The translations under genes and the position numbers were made by a program. DNA of 64,000 bases from Planctomycetota bacterium (GTDB lineage Bacteria > Planctomycetota > UBA8742 > UBA2392): NCBI GenBank assembly GCA_022071975.1, contig JAJVIO010000036.1, positions 1,606-65,605 of the forward strand. The letters are read 5' to 3'. Positions 23,857 through 33,000 of the stretch are shown here, piece by piece (positions within the stretch are counted from its first letter, which is position 1; each line of letters opens with the position of its first letter). The notes beneath the pieces are model-generated. The model was not told the DNA's origin. It saw nothing but the letters and a program-made list of their open reading frames with translations, and did not search any database.

Positions 23857-24615
23857 TCAGGCTCCGTGCACGGCCGGTTGCTGGAACACGGCCTGTGCGA
23901 TTTCCGCGGCGCAGTCCTGGATCACCAGGTGCGCTGCGCCCTTCAGCTCAAGGGTCTGCGCGTGTGGCCAGATCTCGCGCCACATGGGAACACTTTTGCG
24001 GACGGCGCCGAAGGATTCCCTGCCCCACACGATCAGGGTCGGCAGAATCACTCCGGCGAACTGGCGACAGTCGCCAAGGTCCACGCATGCGCGCAGCCAG
24101 GCCAGCGTGTTCTCGTGGTTCGCGTGCTTGAAGTCGTCGGTGACTCCGCCGTTTCGCTTCTGTTTGCGCAGAGCAACGTTCGTGAGTTTGCGCCCCACGG
24201 GGTTGGCGAACGTGGTGCGATAGGCGTGGTGCCCCCAGCTGCGGTTGGTGAACACGCGAAAGTACTTCGGCGCGTAGGCGAAACTGTCCACCATCACCAG
24301 CATTTCGGGCTTTCGCGCCAGATGTTCGACGGCGCGGATGGCCGGGTAAGCGCCGCTGCAGTTGCTGAGCAACGTCAAGGACTCGTACTTCATGGTGTTG
24401 ATGACCTGGGCCAGGTCGCGACCCACATCGCGCATGTCCCAGCTTTGCGGCACGGGCGAGTTGCCGAAGCCGGGCAGGTCAAACGCGGCCATGCGCACGC
24501 CCGCGGGCAGGTGCCGCGCCAAGGCGTCAAAATGAGTGTGATCGCCGGTCCAGCCATGCAGGGCAACGACCAGGCGGTCGCCTTTACCGTGCGTCTTGAA
24601 GTACATCCGCTTCAA
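23857..24615 (-). CDS. Alpha/beta-hydrolase-fold protein within the crt operon
   Basis: LVVALHGWTGDHTHF and FDLPGFGNSP. The nucleophile elbow is atypical (SNCSGA). It overlaps the upstream crtI-like gene. Confidence 0.65.
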   Translation of the reverse strand: MKRMYFKTHGKGDRLVVALHGWTGDHTHFDALARHLPAGVRMAAFDLPGFGNSPVPQSWDMRDVGRDLAQVINTMKYESLTLLSNCSGAYPAIRAVEHLARKPEMLVMVDSFAYAPKYFRVFTNRSWGHHAYRTTFANPVGRKLTNVALRKQKRNGGVTDDFKHANHENTLAWLRACVDLGDCRQFAGVILPTLIVWGRESFGAVRKSVPMWREIWPHAQTLELKGAAHLVIQDCAAEIAQAVFQQPAVHGA

Positions 24616-26143
24616 TCCTTTCCGCGGTCATCTTCCCGCTGAGTATCACCATGGGCATGCCGGTTCCCGGAGTGGTGCCCGCGCCCGCGTAGTACAGACC
24701 CGCGACGTCAGGCGAGCGGTTAGGCGCGCGAAATGGGCCGACTTGCATCAGGTTGTGGGCAGCCCCGAATGCGGATCCCTGATACAGGCCGAACCGTGCA
24801 CGCCATTCAACCGGCGTCCAGGCTTCTTCCACCGCGATGCGCTCGGGGTGCAGGCTGATACCGTGCTCACTCAGACGCTTCAGCACTTCGCGTCGGATGC
24901 GCGGGACTTCTGTTGACCAGTCAAGATCGCCCAGCCGGTCCAGCGTCGGCGTCGGGACCAGCACGAAGACCTGCGTATCACCGGCCGGCGCCAGGCCAGG
25001 GTCCGTGCGCGACGGCACGGCCACATAGAACGGCAAGTCGTTGGGGACGCGGCCGCGCTTCATGAGGTCACGGAATGCGCCTCGGTAGTCGTCCGGCAGG
25101 AAGATCGTGTGATGCCCGAGGTTCGGAATTTCGCCGCGGACGCCCCAGTAAAATGTCAGCACACCGGGTGTCATGCGTGTGCGCGATGCGGATCGAGCGC
25201 CTGATGCGCGAAGTGCTGCATCGCCGAGCAGGCGCGAGTTGGTGGTCGGCACATCCACGTTACTGACCACGACGTCGGCGGAGATACGTGTCCCGTCGGC
25301 CAAGTCAACGCCTGTGGCACGACCGTTCTGAATCACGATGCGGTTGACCCGCGCACCGGTGCGGATTTCCACGCCCACGTCCAGCGCGGCGCGCTCGATG
25401 GCACGCACCATCCCGTAGATGCCGCCTTCCGGCAGCCACAATCCGTGAGCAATCTCGCCATAGGCGAGAATCGTGAAAATGCCGGGCAAGTCAAACGGCG
25501 AACCGCCCAGGTACATGCCGTAAGCGCCCAGGGCCTCGCGCACGTGACGACTCTTGAAGAAGCGCTTGAGTTCATGATCCAGCGACCGCCACACGCCGGT
25601 GCGGAGCAACTCCGAAAGTGAGAGCGGCTTGAACCAGTCCACGAATCCGGCCGCGTTGCGCGTCACCAGCTTTTCGAAGGAGATGCGGAACTTCTCAGCG
25701 CTGTCGCGCAGCCAGGCTGTCAACGCCGGGCCCGCCGCGGGCTCGAACTTCGCAAGTTCCTTCAGCAGCAGCGCGAAGTCGCTGCTCAGCGTCAGTTTGC
25801 GCCCGTCGCGCCATTGGAAAGCTACCGATGGATCCACCGGCAGCAGGCGAATCTCAGAGTCCATGTCCTTGCCGGCCGCGGCGAACAGCTCACGGAAAAC
25901 CCAGGGGTAATTCAGCAGGGATGGCCCGGTGTCGAAGTGAAAGCCCTCACGCTCGATGCGGTTAGCACGCCCGCCGACACGCTGGTTGGCCTCCAGCAGC
26001 GTCACGCGGAAGCCGCGCCGACGCAGATGGATGGCCGCGCTGAGCCCACCGAGCCCAGCCCCCACGATCAACGCGCGGCGAGCGTGTGCCTTTTCGGCGC
26101 TGGTTGTATCCGCGCCTGATGTCATCAAGGTCTGCATGGTCAA
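24584..26143 (-). CDS. crtI: Phytoene desaturase (CrtI; alternatively CrtN-type)
   Basis: ALIVGAGLGGLSAAIHL, GGRANRIEREGFHFDTGPS and C-terminal GLYYAGAGTTPGTGMP. It has a 4-nt overlap with the synthase gene. Confidence 0.8.
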   Translation of the reverse strand: MTMQTLMTSGADTTSAEKAHARRALIVGAGLGGLSAAIHLRRRGFRVTLLEANQRVGGRANRIEREGFHFDTGPSLLNYPWVFRELFAAAGKDMDSEIRLLPVDPSVAFQWRDGRKLTLSSDFALLLKELAKFEPAAGPALTAWLRDSAEKFRISFEKLVTRNAAGFVDWFKPLSLSELLRTGVWRSLDHELKRFFKSRHVREALGAYGMYLGGSPFDLPGIFTILAYGEIAHGLWLPEGGIYGMVRAIERAALDVGVEIRTGARVNRIVIQNGRATGVDLADGTRISADVVVSNVDVPTTNSRLLGDAALRASGARSASRTRMTPGVLTFYWGVRGEIPNLGHHTIFLPDDYRGAFRDLMKRGRVPNDLPFYVAVPSRTDPGLAPAGDTQVFVLVPTPTLDRLGDLDWSTEVPRIRREVLKRLSEHGISLHPERIAVEEAWTPVEWRARFGLYQGSAFGAAHNLMQVGPFRAPNRSPDVAGLYYAGAGTTPGTGMPMVILSGKMTAERIEADVLQDAR

Positions 26144-27126
26144 GCGGTCTCCAAGCCCAGGTACGCCAGCGGTAATCGCCAGTACTTGCTGGCAGGCAGC
26201 ACGCTGAACTTGCGTGAAAGGGGCACACTCTCGCGCCGCTGCAGCGAGAAGGCTTCGGCCAGACGGTCGTTGAGTTCGCCGTAGACCCGTATGCAGGCGT
26301 CGATTGCGATGCGGCAGTCGGCACTGAAGGCGTCGAGGTTCTCGCGCGCGAAGTCGTAGTCGCGCCGGGCAATCCCGGCGAGTTCCGCCACCACTTCGCC
26401 CAGCGCATCTCGCGCTTCCGGGCTGCTGAAGTCGCGTCCTGCCACGCCGCGTGCGCTGAGCATGTCCGTGGGCAGGTAGAGCCGACCGCGGCTGCGGTCT
26501 TCGGCAACATCGCGCAGGAAGTTCGTCAGCTGCAGCGCGATGCCCAGTCGTCGCGAGGCGGCCATCGCGCGATCGAAGTCCGACGCGCCGTAGATGTAGG
26601 CGAGGAAGTAGCCGACCACAATTGCACTGCCGTAGATGTAGTTGTCGACCAGGTCGTCCAGATTCTCGTAGCTGCGCGGGCGCACATCCGCATGCATGGC
26701 ATCCAGGAACGCGTGATAGTACTGCGCGGGAATACCCGTCTCGCGCAGCACCTGGGCGAAGCCCGCCAGGATCACGGGCACTCCATCAAGCAGCGCTTCG
26801 CGAATCGAGCCTGCCGAGCGCGCCTGCTCAAACCGCGCGCGCCAATCCGCCAGTTTCTGCTCTCGTCGTTCGGCCGACAGTGGAAACGTGTCCACTACTT
26901 CATCCGGGTAGCGCACCGCCGCGTAAACCAGATCGACTTGAGCGCGCTTCTCCGGCGGCAGGAACCGTGTGACGATGAAAAAGGAAGTGGAGTAGTGTTT
27001 CAGCACCTCGCGCCCGTGGGCGACGATCGCCTGGCGCGCGCCACGTTCGCTCAAGCCCAGGGCGCGGCGGCGCACCACGGCGTCCCGCACCTGCCACTCT
27101 GTGTTTGACCAGTTGCGTGAAGACAT
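26140..27126 (-). CDS. crtB: Phytoene synthase (CrtB; alternatively CrtM-type dehydrosqualene synthase)
   Basis: STSFFIVTRFLP, YAAVRYPDEVVD and LQLTNFLRDVAEDRSRGRLYLP (squalene/phytoene synthase signatures). First gene of the operon. Confidence 0.8.
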   Translation of the reverse strand: MSSRNWSNTEWQVRDAVVRRRALGLSERGARQAIVAHGREVLKHYSTSFFIVTRFLPPEKRAQVDLVYAAVRYPDEVVDTFPLSAERREQKLADWRARFEQARSAGSIREALLDGVPVILAGFAQVLRETGIPAQYYHAFLDAMHADVRPRSYENLDDLVDNYIYGSAIVVGYFLAYIYGASDFDRAMAASRRLGIALQLTNFLRDVAEDRSRGRLYLPTDMLSARGVAGRDFSSPEARDALGEVVAELAGIARRDYDFARENLDAFSADCRIAIDACIRVYGELNDRLAEAFSLQRRESVPLSRKFSVLPASKYWRLPLAYLGLETA

Positions 27127-27184
27127 CGCGGCTCCCGCCAGTTCGGTTCAATGGAACGGGCACAGAACGCCGGGCGCGCGAATT

Positions 27185-27233
27185 GTTTTCCATGTATGAA
27201 AACTATTTTTCTCCATTTTCAATCAAAGAAAAC
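27185..27233. promoter_or_regulatory. Two operator-like inverted repeats RTTTTC-N7-GAAAAC, 30 bp apart, in the AT-rich divergent promoter island
   Basis: GTTTTC-CATGTAT-GAAAAC (27185-27203) and ATTTTC-AATCAAA-GAAAAC (27215-27233), about 60-105 nt upstream of the crtB-like ATG (27126, minus strand). Confidence 0.45.
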
Positions 27234-27405
27234 TTCTGAGTCGGCCGTTTCACCGCAGGAAAAACCCGGGACGCCGCCGTCGCCTTCATGGCCGCCGCGC
27301 CTGTAACTCAGATGTAACAACTGAAAAACGCCGGAACCCTTCGTGGCGAGCGGCCGTCCTTAGACAGTGGAGAACAGCCCCTTTTACCCCCTTTCGAGAG
27401 AAGCC

Positions 27406-28791
27406 ATGAATCCGAACAAGACAACACTTCTGCTGGCCGGCGCCGCGATTGCCGGCCTGGTGCTTTCCGCCTGCGTCAGCCGCACTCAACCCCCACCGCC
27501 GGACGGATGCCAGGGCAGCGGCTGCTCGGCCGGCGGCTCGAACTCCGCTGGCGGTGCAAACACCGACAACGACTCGTCGGGCACGACTGGGGCCGGTACC
27601 ACCATTGGCCACGAGTTGCCCGAGCCGGGGCCGATCGACCCTTTCATGGACAAGGCGATCGAGTACCTGGTTGCCGCCCAGCACGAAAACGGCGGCTGGG
27701 GCGGCGGCTCGCACTCGCACCAGGACGTGCGCGACCCCCACGCGGTGCAGGTGGACCCGGGCAGCACCTCGTTCGCCGCCATGGCGCTGATACGCGCCGG
27801 CCACACCCCGTTCTCGGGCAAATACAAGGAAGCGGTGCTGAAGGCAACGAAGTACGTGGTCGGGGCCGTTGAGGAGGCGGCAGAAGAAGGCCCGCGCATC
27901 ACCAACCTGCAGGGCACGCAGCTGCAGAGCAAGCTGGGCCAGATCATTGACACGTCAATGGCTTCCCAGTTCCTGGCCCGGGCGCTGCCGCTGACCGAGC
28001 CAGACCCGACGCTGCAGAACCGCGTGGAGGCCGCACTCGACAAGTGCATCCGGAAGATCGAATCCTCGCAGGGCGAGGATGGTGGCTGGACCACGCAGGG
28101 CTGGGCGCCGGTGCTGCAATCCTCGATGAACAACCAGGCGCTTGAGTTGGCGCAGGTGGCAGGGCGCAAGGTGGATGAAACCGTGCTCAGGCGCTCGCGC
28201 GAGTACCAGCGCCGCGATGTGGACGTAAACACAGGAAACGTGGGGGGCGCCAAGGCCAGCGACGCCGCAGGCGTCAGCTTCTATGCCGGCGCTGCCACCC
28301 AGCGCGCCACGGCCAAGGATGCCAGCGAGGTCGAACGGGCCCTGGAACAGGCAAAAGAGAAGGGAATCGTGGCGCCCAGCGCGAAGGTTGACGCGGACAC
28401 GCTTACCAAAATCGGCTACAGCGCTGACCAGGCTCGGGACAAGGCTGAGGCATGGCAGCAGAACGAAGCGCTGCAGCGGCGCCTGGACGACCAGAACTAC
28501 CTGTCCGGCTTCGGCAACAACGGTGGCGAGGAATTCATCAGCTACATGATGAGCAGCGAATCCATCGTCATCACCGGCGGCGACACCTGGACGAAGTGGA
28601 ACCAGAAGATGCACACCATGTTCGAGAAGATCCAGAATGCCGACGGAAGCTGGAGCGGCCACCACTGCATCACCAGCCCGGTGATCTGCACCGCGGCGGC
28701 GCTGCTGTGCTTGACCGCAGACCGCGACGTCCACGTGCTGCTGGAAAGCAGTCCGCTGGTGAAGGCCGACAAGAACGCAAAAGAGAGTTGA
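27406..28791 (+). CDS. Lipoprotein with prenyltransferase/squalene-oxidase (alpha/alpha-toroid) repeats
   Basis: Start MNPNKTTLLLAGAAIAGLVLSAC (lipobox LSAC). Repeats YLVAAQHENGGWGGG, SSQGEDGGWTTQGW and IQNADGSWSGHH. The listed ATG 27367 is less likely. Confidence 0.75.
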   Translation: MNPNKTTLLLAGAAIAGLVLSACVSRTQPPPPDGCQGSGCSAGGSNSAGGANTDNDSSGTTGAGTTIGHELPEPGPIDPFMDKAIEYLVAAQHENGGWGGGSHSHQDVRDPHAVQVDPGSTSFAAMALIRAGHTPFSGKYKEAVLKATKYVVGAVEEAAEEGPRITNLQGTQLQSKLGQIIDTSMASQFLARALPLTEPDPTLQNRVEAALDKCIRKIESSQGEDGGWTTQGWAPVLQSSMNNQALELAQVAGRKVDETVLRRSREYQRRDVDVNTGNVGGAKASDAAGVSFYAGAATQRATAKDASEVERALEQAKEKGIVAPSAKVDADTLTKIGYSADQARDKAEAWQQNEALQRRLDDQNYLSGFGNNGGEEFISYMMSSESIVITGGDTWTKWNQKMHTMFEKIQNADGSWSGHHCITSPVICTAAALLCLTADRDVHVLLESSPLVKADKNAKES

Positions 28792-28802
28792 CCGACACCC
28801 CG

Positions 28803-28834
28803 GTGCGCGGCCGGCAAGCATGCCGGCCGCGCAC
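28803..28834. other. Perfect 14-bp GC-rich hairpin between the two lipoprotein genes
   Basis: GTGCGCGGCCGGCA-AGCA-TGCCGGCCGCGCAC; no U-tract follows. Confidence 0.4.
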
Positions 28835-28850
28835 GCGTGAAAGGGCCGCG

Positions 28851-30011
28851 ATGCCTCGCCTGGCGCTGATGCTGATCCCGCTGCTGCTCGCCGTGGCCTG
28901 TTGTGGCGGCCGGCCGGCCAAGCCGCAGGCCCCGGCGGACTCACGCACCAGCCTGCAGCACGCCTGTGACTGGCTTTGGGCGCGGCAGGCCGAAGACGGC
29001 GGCTGGCACAGCGAGACCTACGGGCTGATGCGGTCCGGCCAGTCGCTTACGCCCTTCGTGCTTCATGCCCTTCTACAGGTTTCCGAAGATCGCTGCCCGC
29101 GCCCGGAGGGAGGCGTGGAACGAGCGCTCGAATTTCTTCGCCGCCACACCAGCAACGACGGATGCCTTGGGCGCTCCGATCCTGACATCGCCGATTACCC
29201 AAACCACGCCACGGCCTGGGCGCTGCGCTGCCTGGTTGCCGTCGGCAACGACCGAGACCGGCCGCTGATCAGGCGCATGTGCGACTACCTGCGTGCCCAG
29301 CAGTTCGGCCCGGAGAGCGGCGTGAAGCCCGAGCACTTCCACTGGGGCGGCTGGGGCTTCGGCAGCGAGAGCGGCGTGATGGACATCGGCCACACCCGCC
29401 ATGCTCTGCAAGCCTTGAGCGAGGCCGGCGCGCTGGACGAGGAAACCTCGCAGCGGGCGCAGGACTTCCTGAGGCTGATGCAGCGCCACCCCGACGAATG
29501 GCGCGCCCAGCCCGAGGTGCCGGGCATCACGGCCGTAACAAACCCGGAAAGCTTCGACGGAGGCTTCTACTTCTCGCCAACGGACCTGGCCATGAACAAG
29601 GGCGGCCACGAAACGGCTGCTGACGGCCGCAACGCCTGGTTCCGCAGCTATGCCACGGCAACCTGCAACGGCGTGCTCGCGCTGTTGGCCGCAGGTGTTG
29701 CAGTGGACGACCAGCGTGTGGCAGCGGCAACGAAGTGGTTGGATGAACACCCGGGCCTGGAATCACCTGCCGGCGTGCCGGCTGATGCGCCTACACCGTG
29801 GTACGCCGCGCTTCACTACTACCACCTGGCCGTGCGCGCCGAGGCCTGGGCCGCAACAGGCAAGAAAGGCGAGTGGCGCGCAGAGATCGCGCGCCACCTG
29901 AAGCCCCTGCAGCGCCAGGACGGCTCATTCATCAACGATCAAAGCCCGCTGATGAAAGAAAACGACCCCCTCCTCTGCACAGCCCTGGCCGTTGCCGCAC
30001 TGAGTCCCTGA
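28851..30011 (+). CDS. Lipoprotein with prenyltransferase/squalene-oxidase (alpha/alpha-toroid) repeats
   Basis: Start MPRLALMLIPLLLAVACCGG (lipobox-like). Repeats WLWARQAEDGGWHSE, YLRAQQFGP...WGGWGFG and LKPLQRQDGSFIND. The first 133 codons of the listed ORF overlap the previous gene and were rejected. Confidence 0.75.
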   Translation: MPRLALMLIPLLLAVACCGGRPAKPQAPADSRTSLQHACDWLWARQAEDGGWHSETYGLMRSGQSLTPFVLHALLQVSEDRCPRPEGGVERALEFLRRHTSNDGCLGRSDPDIADYPNHATAWALRCLVAVGNDRDRPLIRRMCDYLRAQQFGPESGVKPEHFHWGGWGFGSESGVMDIGHTRHALQALSEAGALDEETSQRAQDFLRLMQRHPDEWRAQPEVPGITAVTNPESFDGGFYFSPTDLAMNKGGHETAADGRNAWFRSYATATCNGVLALLAAGVAVDDQRVAAATKWLDEHPGLESPAGVPADAPTPWYAALHYYHLAVRAEAWAATGKKGEWRAEIARHLKPLQRQDGSFINDQSPLMKENDPLLCTALAVAALSP

Positions 30012-30012
30012 C

Positions 30013-33000
30013 TTAGATTTCTCGGTGCGTTGGAAATTTGCTCCGGCCAGGCATCCAAACCACCTTCGCGCGCAGTCGCAAAGTTACGCAGAGCAGCACC
30101 AGCAGTCCGAGCAGCCACCAAACGCTGGCAGAGCCGCTGGAAAGGGCGCATCCGCCGTCGTCGCCGCCGTCTCCACCTCCGCTGCCGCCCGGGGAAGGTG
30201 TGCCGCTTTGGGCCGTAACCAGCACGTCGAATCCGGGCGAGATGTCGTAGCCGTCGTCTACGTAAAGGCGGAACGCATACGTGCCGGTCACGGGCGCAGT
30301 AAAGCTGGGCGCCAGGGGACTTGTCAGGTCCAACACCACGGGCGCACCGGTCAGCTGCTCCCAGATGTAGCTGAGTGTCTGACCTGTATTGGGATCGGTA
30401 GCGCTTCCCGTCAGCACCACGGTCGCGCCGGCTGTTGCAGACTGAGGCGGAGCCGATGTCACACGCGGCACGGCGTTTCCGCCCGGGTTGATCGTGGCGT
30501 GCCAGGTATCGATAGCCACCACGACTACGAGTTTGTCCGTAACACCGTTCGAGTCGCGCAGCGTGAGTTCAAACTCGTAAACTCGGCTGATCAACGGAGT
30601 GAAGGAGAGGTTCGCAGTGTTGGCGCCAACCAACGCTACGGTGGGACCGCGGGTTTGCGCCCACAGGTACTCCGCCGTCAGCGAGGCATCGACGCTGCTG
30701 CCAGCAGCGCTCAGGTTTACGTCCGGGTTGCTTGCATTGTTGTCCACGCCAACGCCCGGAATCACGAGCACGTAGGAGTCGCCGTCCGGGTCGTCCGCCG
30801 AATCAATGGCGGCCACGGCTGAGGGCGGTTGCGTGCCCGAATCAGCCACTCGCACCCACACCTCGGCTGGAATGCCTTCATCAATGGTGTCGCGAACCTC
30901 AAGCCGGAATCCGTAGACACCGGCTGCGTTGAACTGCACGTCGTGCGTGCCCGCATTCGGGTCGGGCAGGAACACCAGTGCGGGACCGCCAATCTGGCGC
31001 CAGACAAACGAGATCGGGTCGTTCTCTCCGTCTATGCTCGACGTGGAACTGAGCTGGACGGGTTCGTTTACGTTCAGGGCACCGTTGCCGTCCGTGTCCG
31101 TGTAGCCGTAGTTGGCAACGCCACGCGGAATGGTGTTCGCGTTCGCACCCTGGGTCTGATTTGCAATCACGCGCACGTAATCGCGCCCGGAAACATGGCC
31201 GTCCACATCCACCACCACAAGGGACAGCAGGTACACGCCCGGGACATCCGGCGTGAGGTGTGGCTTCTTCTGCGTTGAATCCACCAGTACCGCACCGGAA
31301 CCAGGTGGGCGACGCTCCAGTGACCAGAAGTAGCTCAGCCCCGGCGCCATCGGGTTCGCGGCATCTGGATCTGCGCTCTCGTGGCCACTGAGTTCGCTGG
31401 CCACGCCGACCGCCACCACAATCTGGAAACCGGAGTGCGCGCTGGGCGGCACCACGTTTGACGAGGTCACCACGATACGGATGGTGTCACCCACCCAGGT
31501 ATCGGTCCGCAAGCCTGTTGGGTCCTGCACACGCAGGCCGATCACGTAAACCCCGGGCTCAATCGTGCTGCCCTGCACCTCCAGCATGGAAATGGTCGAA
31601 TCCGGGCTTGCGATCACGATGTTGCCGGCGGGCGGCGCGCTGAGCAGGTCCCAGCGCACGACCAGGTTGTCGCCGTTGGCGTCGAAGATCGTGGCCTCAA
31701 GGGGCAGCACGGTGAAGAACTGAGCGCCCTGCGCCACGACATCGGTGTAAGTGATGTTGTGATCGCGGCCCGCCTCGATCTCTGGTGCGGAGTTCCACAG
31801 GGTAATGCACACGATGTCTGTGGCGGTCGCTGTGCCGTCCGTTACGTCAAGCTGGAACGAATACGTACCGGACTTGATCAGGTCCACATGGGGCGTGGCA
31901 GCGGTGGAGTTTACAATCGTAACCGTCACCGGACCGCTCAGCTGGGTCCAGTTGAATCCCGTTGCGCCGGAGGTGGCGCTGGCGTCAAGGAAGACACGCT
32001 GGGGCAGCTGTATCGCGATATCCGGTCCTGCATCCGCTAACAGGCCGGCAGCGCCGCCGGTGACGGTGAACTGCTGGACGCCGCCCACCGACGCCGCGTT
32101 ACCCGCCACGTCTTCCGCCTGCGAGATGGAGATGGTGCCCGTACCTGAGGCCCCCGCGGGCAGAGTGTAGTCGAAGCTCCAACCCGAGGTTGGCGACACG
32201 CCCGCCATCGCAGCGCTCGTCACATTGGCGGCGCCACTTACACCTGAGATTGTGATCAGCGGCTGCCCATACAGCAACTCGTTCGCGGCGAGGCTGATGC
32301 GCAGCACGCCCGCGGGAACGGACAGCACCGGGCGATTGAGGCTAAGCGTCGCAACCGGAGCGGTGTCATCGATCGTGACCAACAGCGGCTTGGTGCTGGA
32401 ACGCACTCCATCGGAAGCTGTGACTGCGATGGCCAGGTTGACCCCTTCGATCAGCGTTCCTGCGGACAACACCTGGGTCGTGAGGCTGTAGGTTCCATCG
32501 GCATTGTCAGTCAGGGCAACCGAGTTTCCGAACGTACTGTCGATCACACTGAGGTCGGCCGTTACCGAAAGGCCACTGACACCCAGGTTCGCGGTAAAGG
32601 TCACCTGCTCACCAGAGTGGTAGGCATTATCAGGATCATTCACCCTGAGGCTGTAGAAATATGGCGGCTGCGCTATGCCGATACTTCCGGCCACGTCAAA
32701 GCTTGCTGACTCAGCCTGCAGCGGTCCTGCCTGCACGCGAATCACGTATTGCAGGCCGGGCACATTGATCTGCAGATCGATGAAGCTGGCTTCGCCGGCC
32801 ACCAGCGGCCGACTTAACGCGCCGAGCAGCGGGGCCACCGGGCCGGGCGCAACCGAGGTTGCCATCGCATCCACGCTGCCGCTCGCGTCCAGGTCCAGAT
32901 TTCCGGCGACGTCGGTCGCGTGCAGAACAGGCTGCAGGCTGAACGGCGTGCCGGCAGACGCGCCCGAGGGCTGCGTGGCAAAGCGCAATCCACTGGCTGT

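Noticed and set aside
23857-24615. Calling the alpha/beta hydrolase a carotenoid acyltransferase (CrtO/CruD equivalent)
   Set aside because: Only the fold is recognisable. The nucleophile motif is atypical (SNCSGA), and known carotenoid acyltransferases belong to other families. It is kept as a hypothesis in the operon finding, not as an annotation.
28452-28850. First 133 codons of the listed 519-aa ORF
   Set aside because: They overlap the 3' end of the upstream lipoprotein gene in another frame and encode Arg/His-rich junk. The lipoprotein signal peptide starts at ATG 28851.
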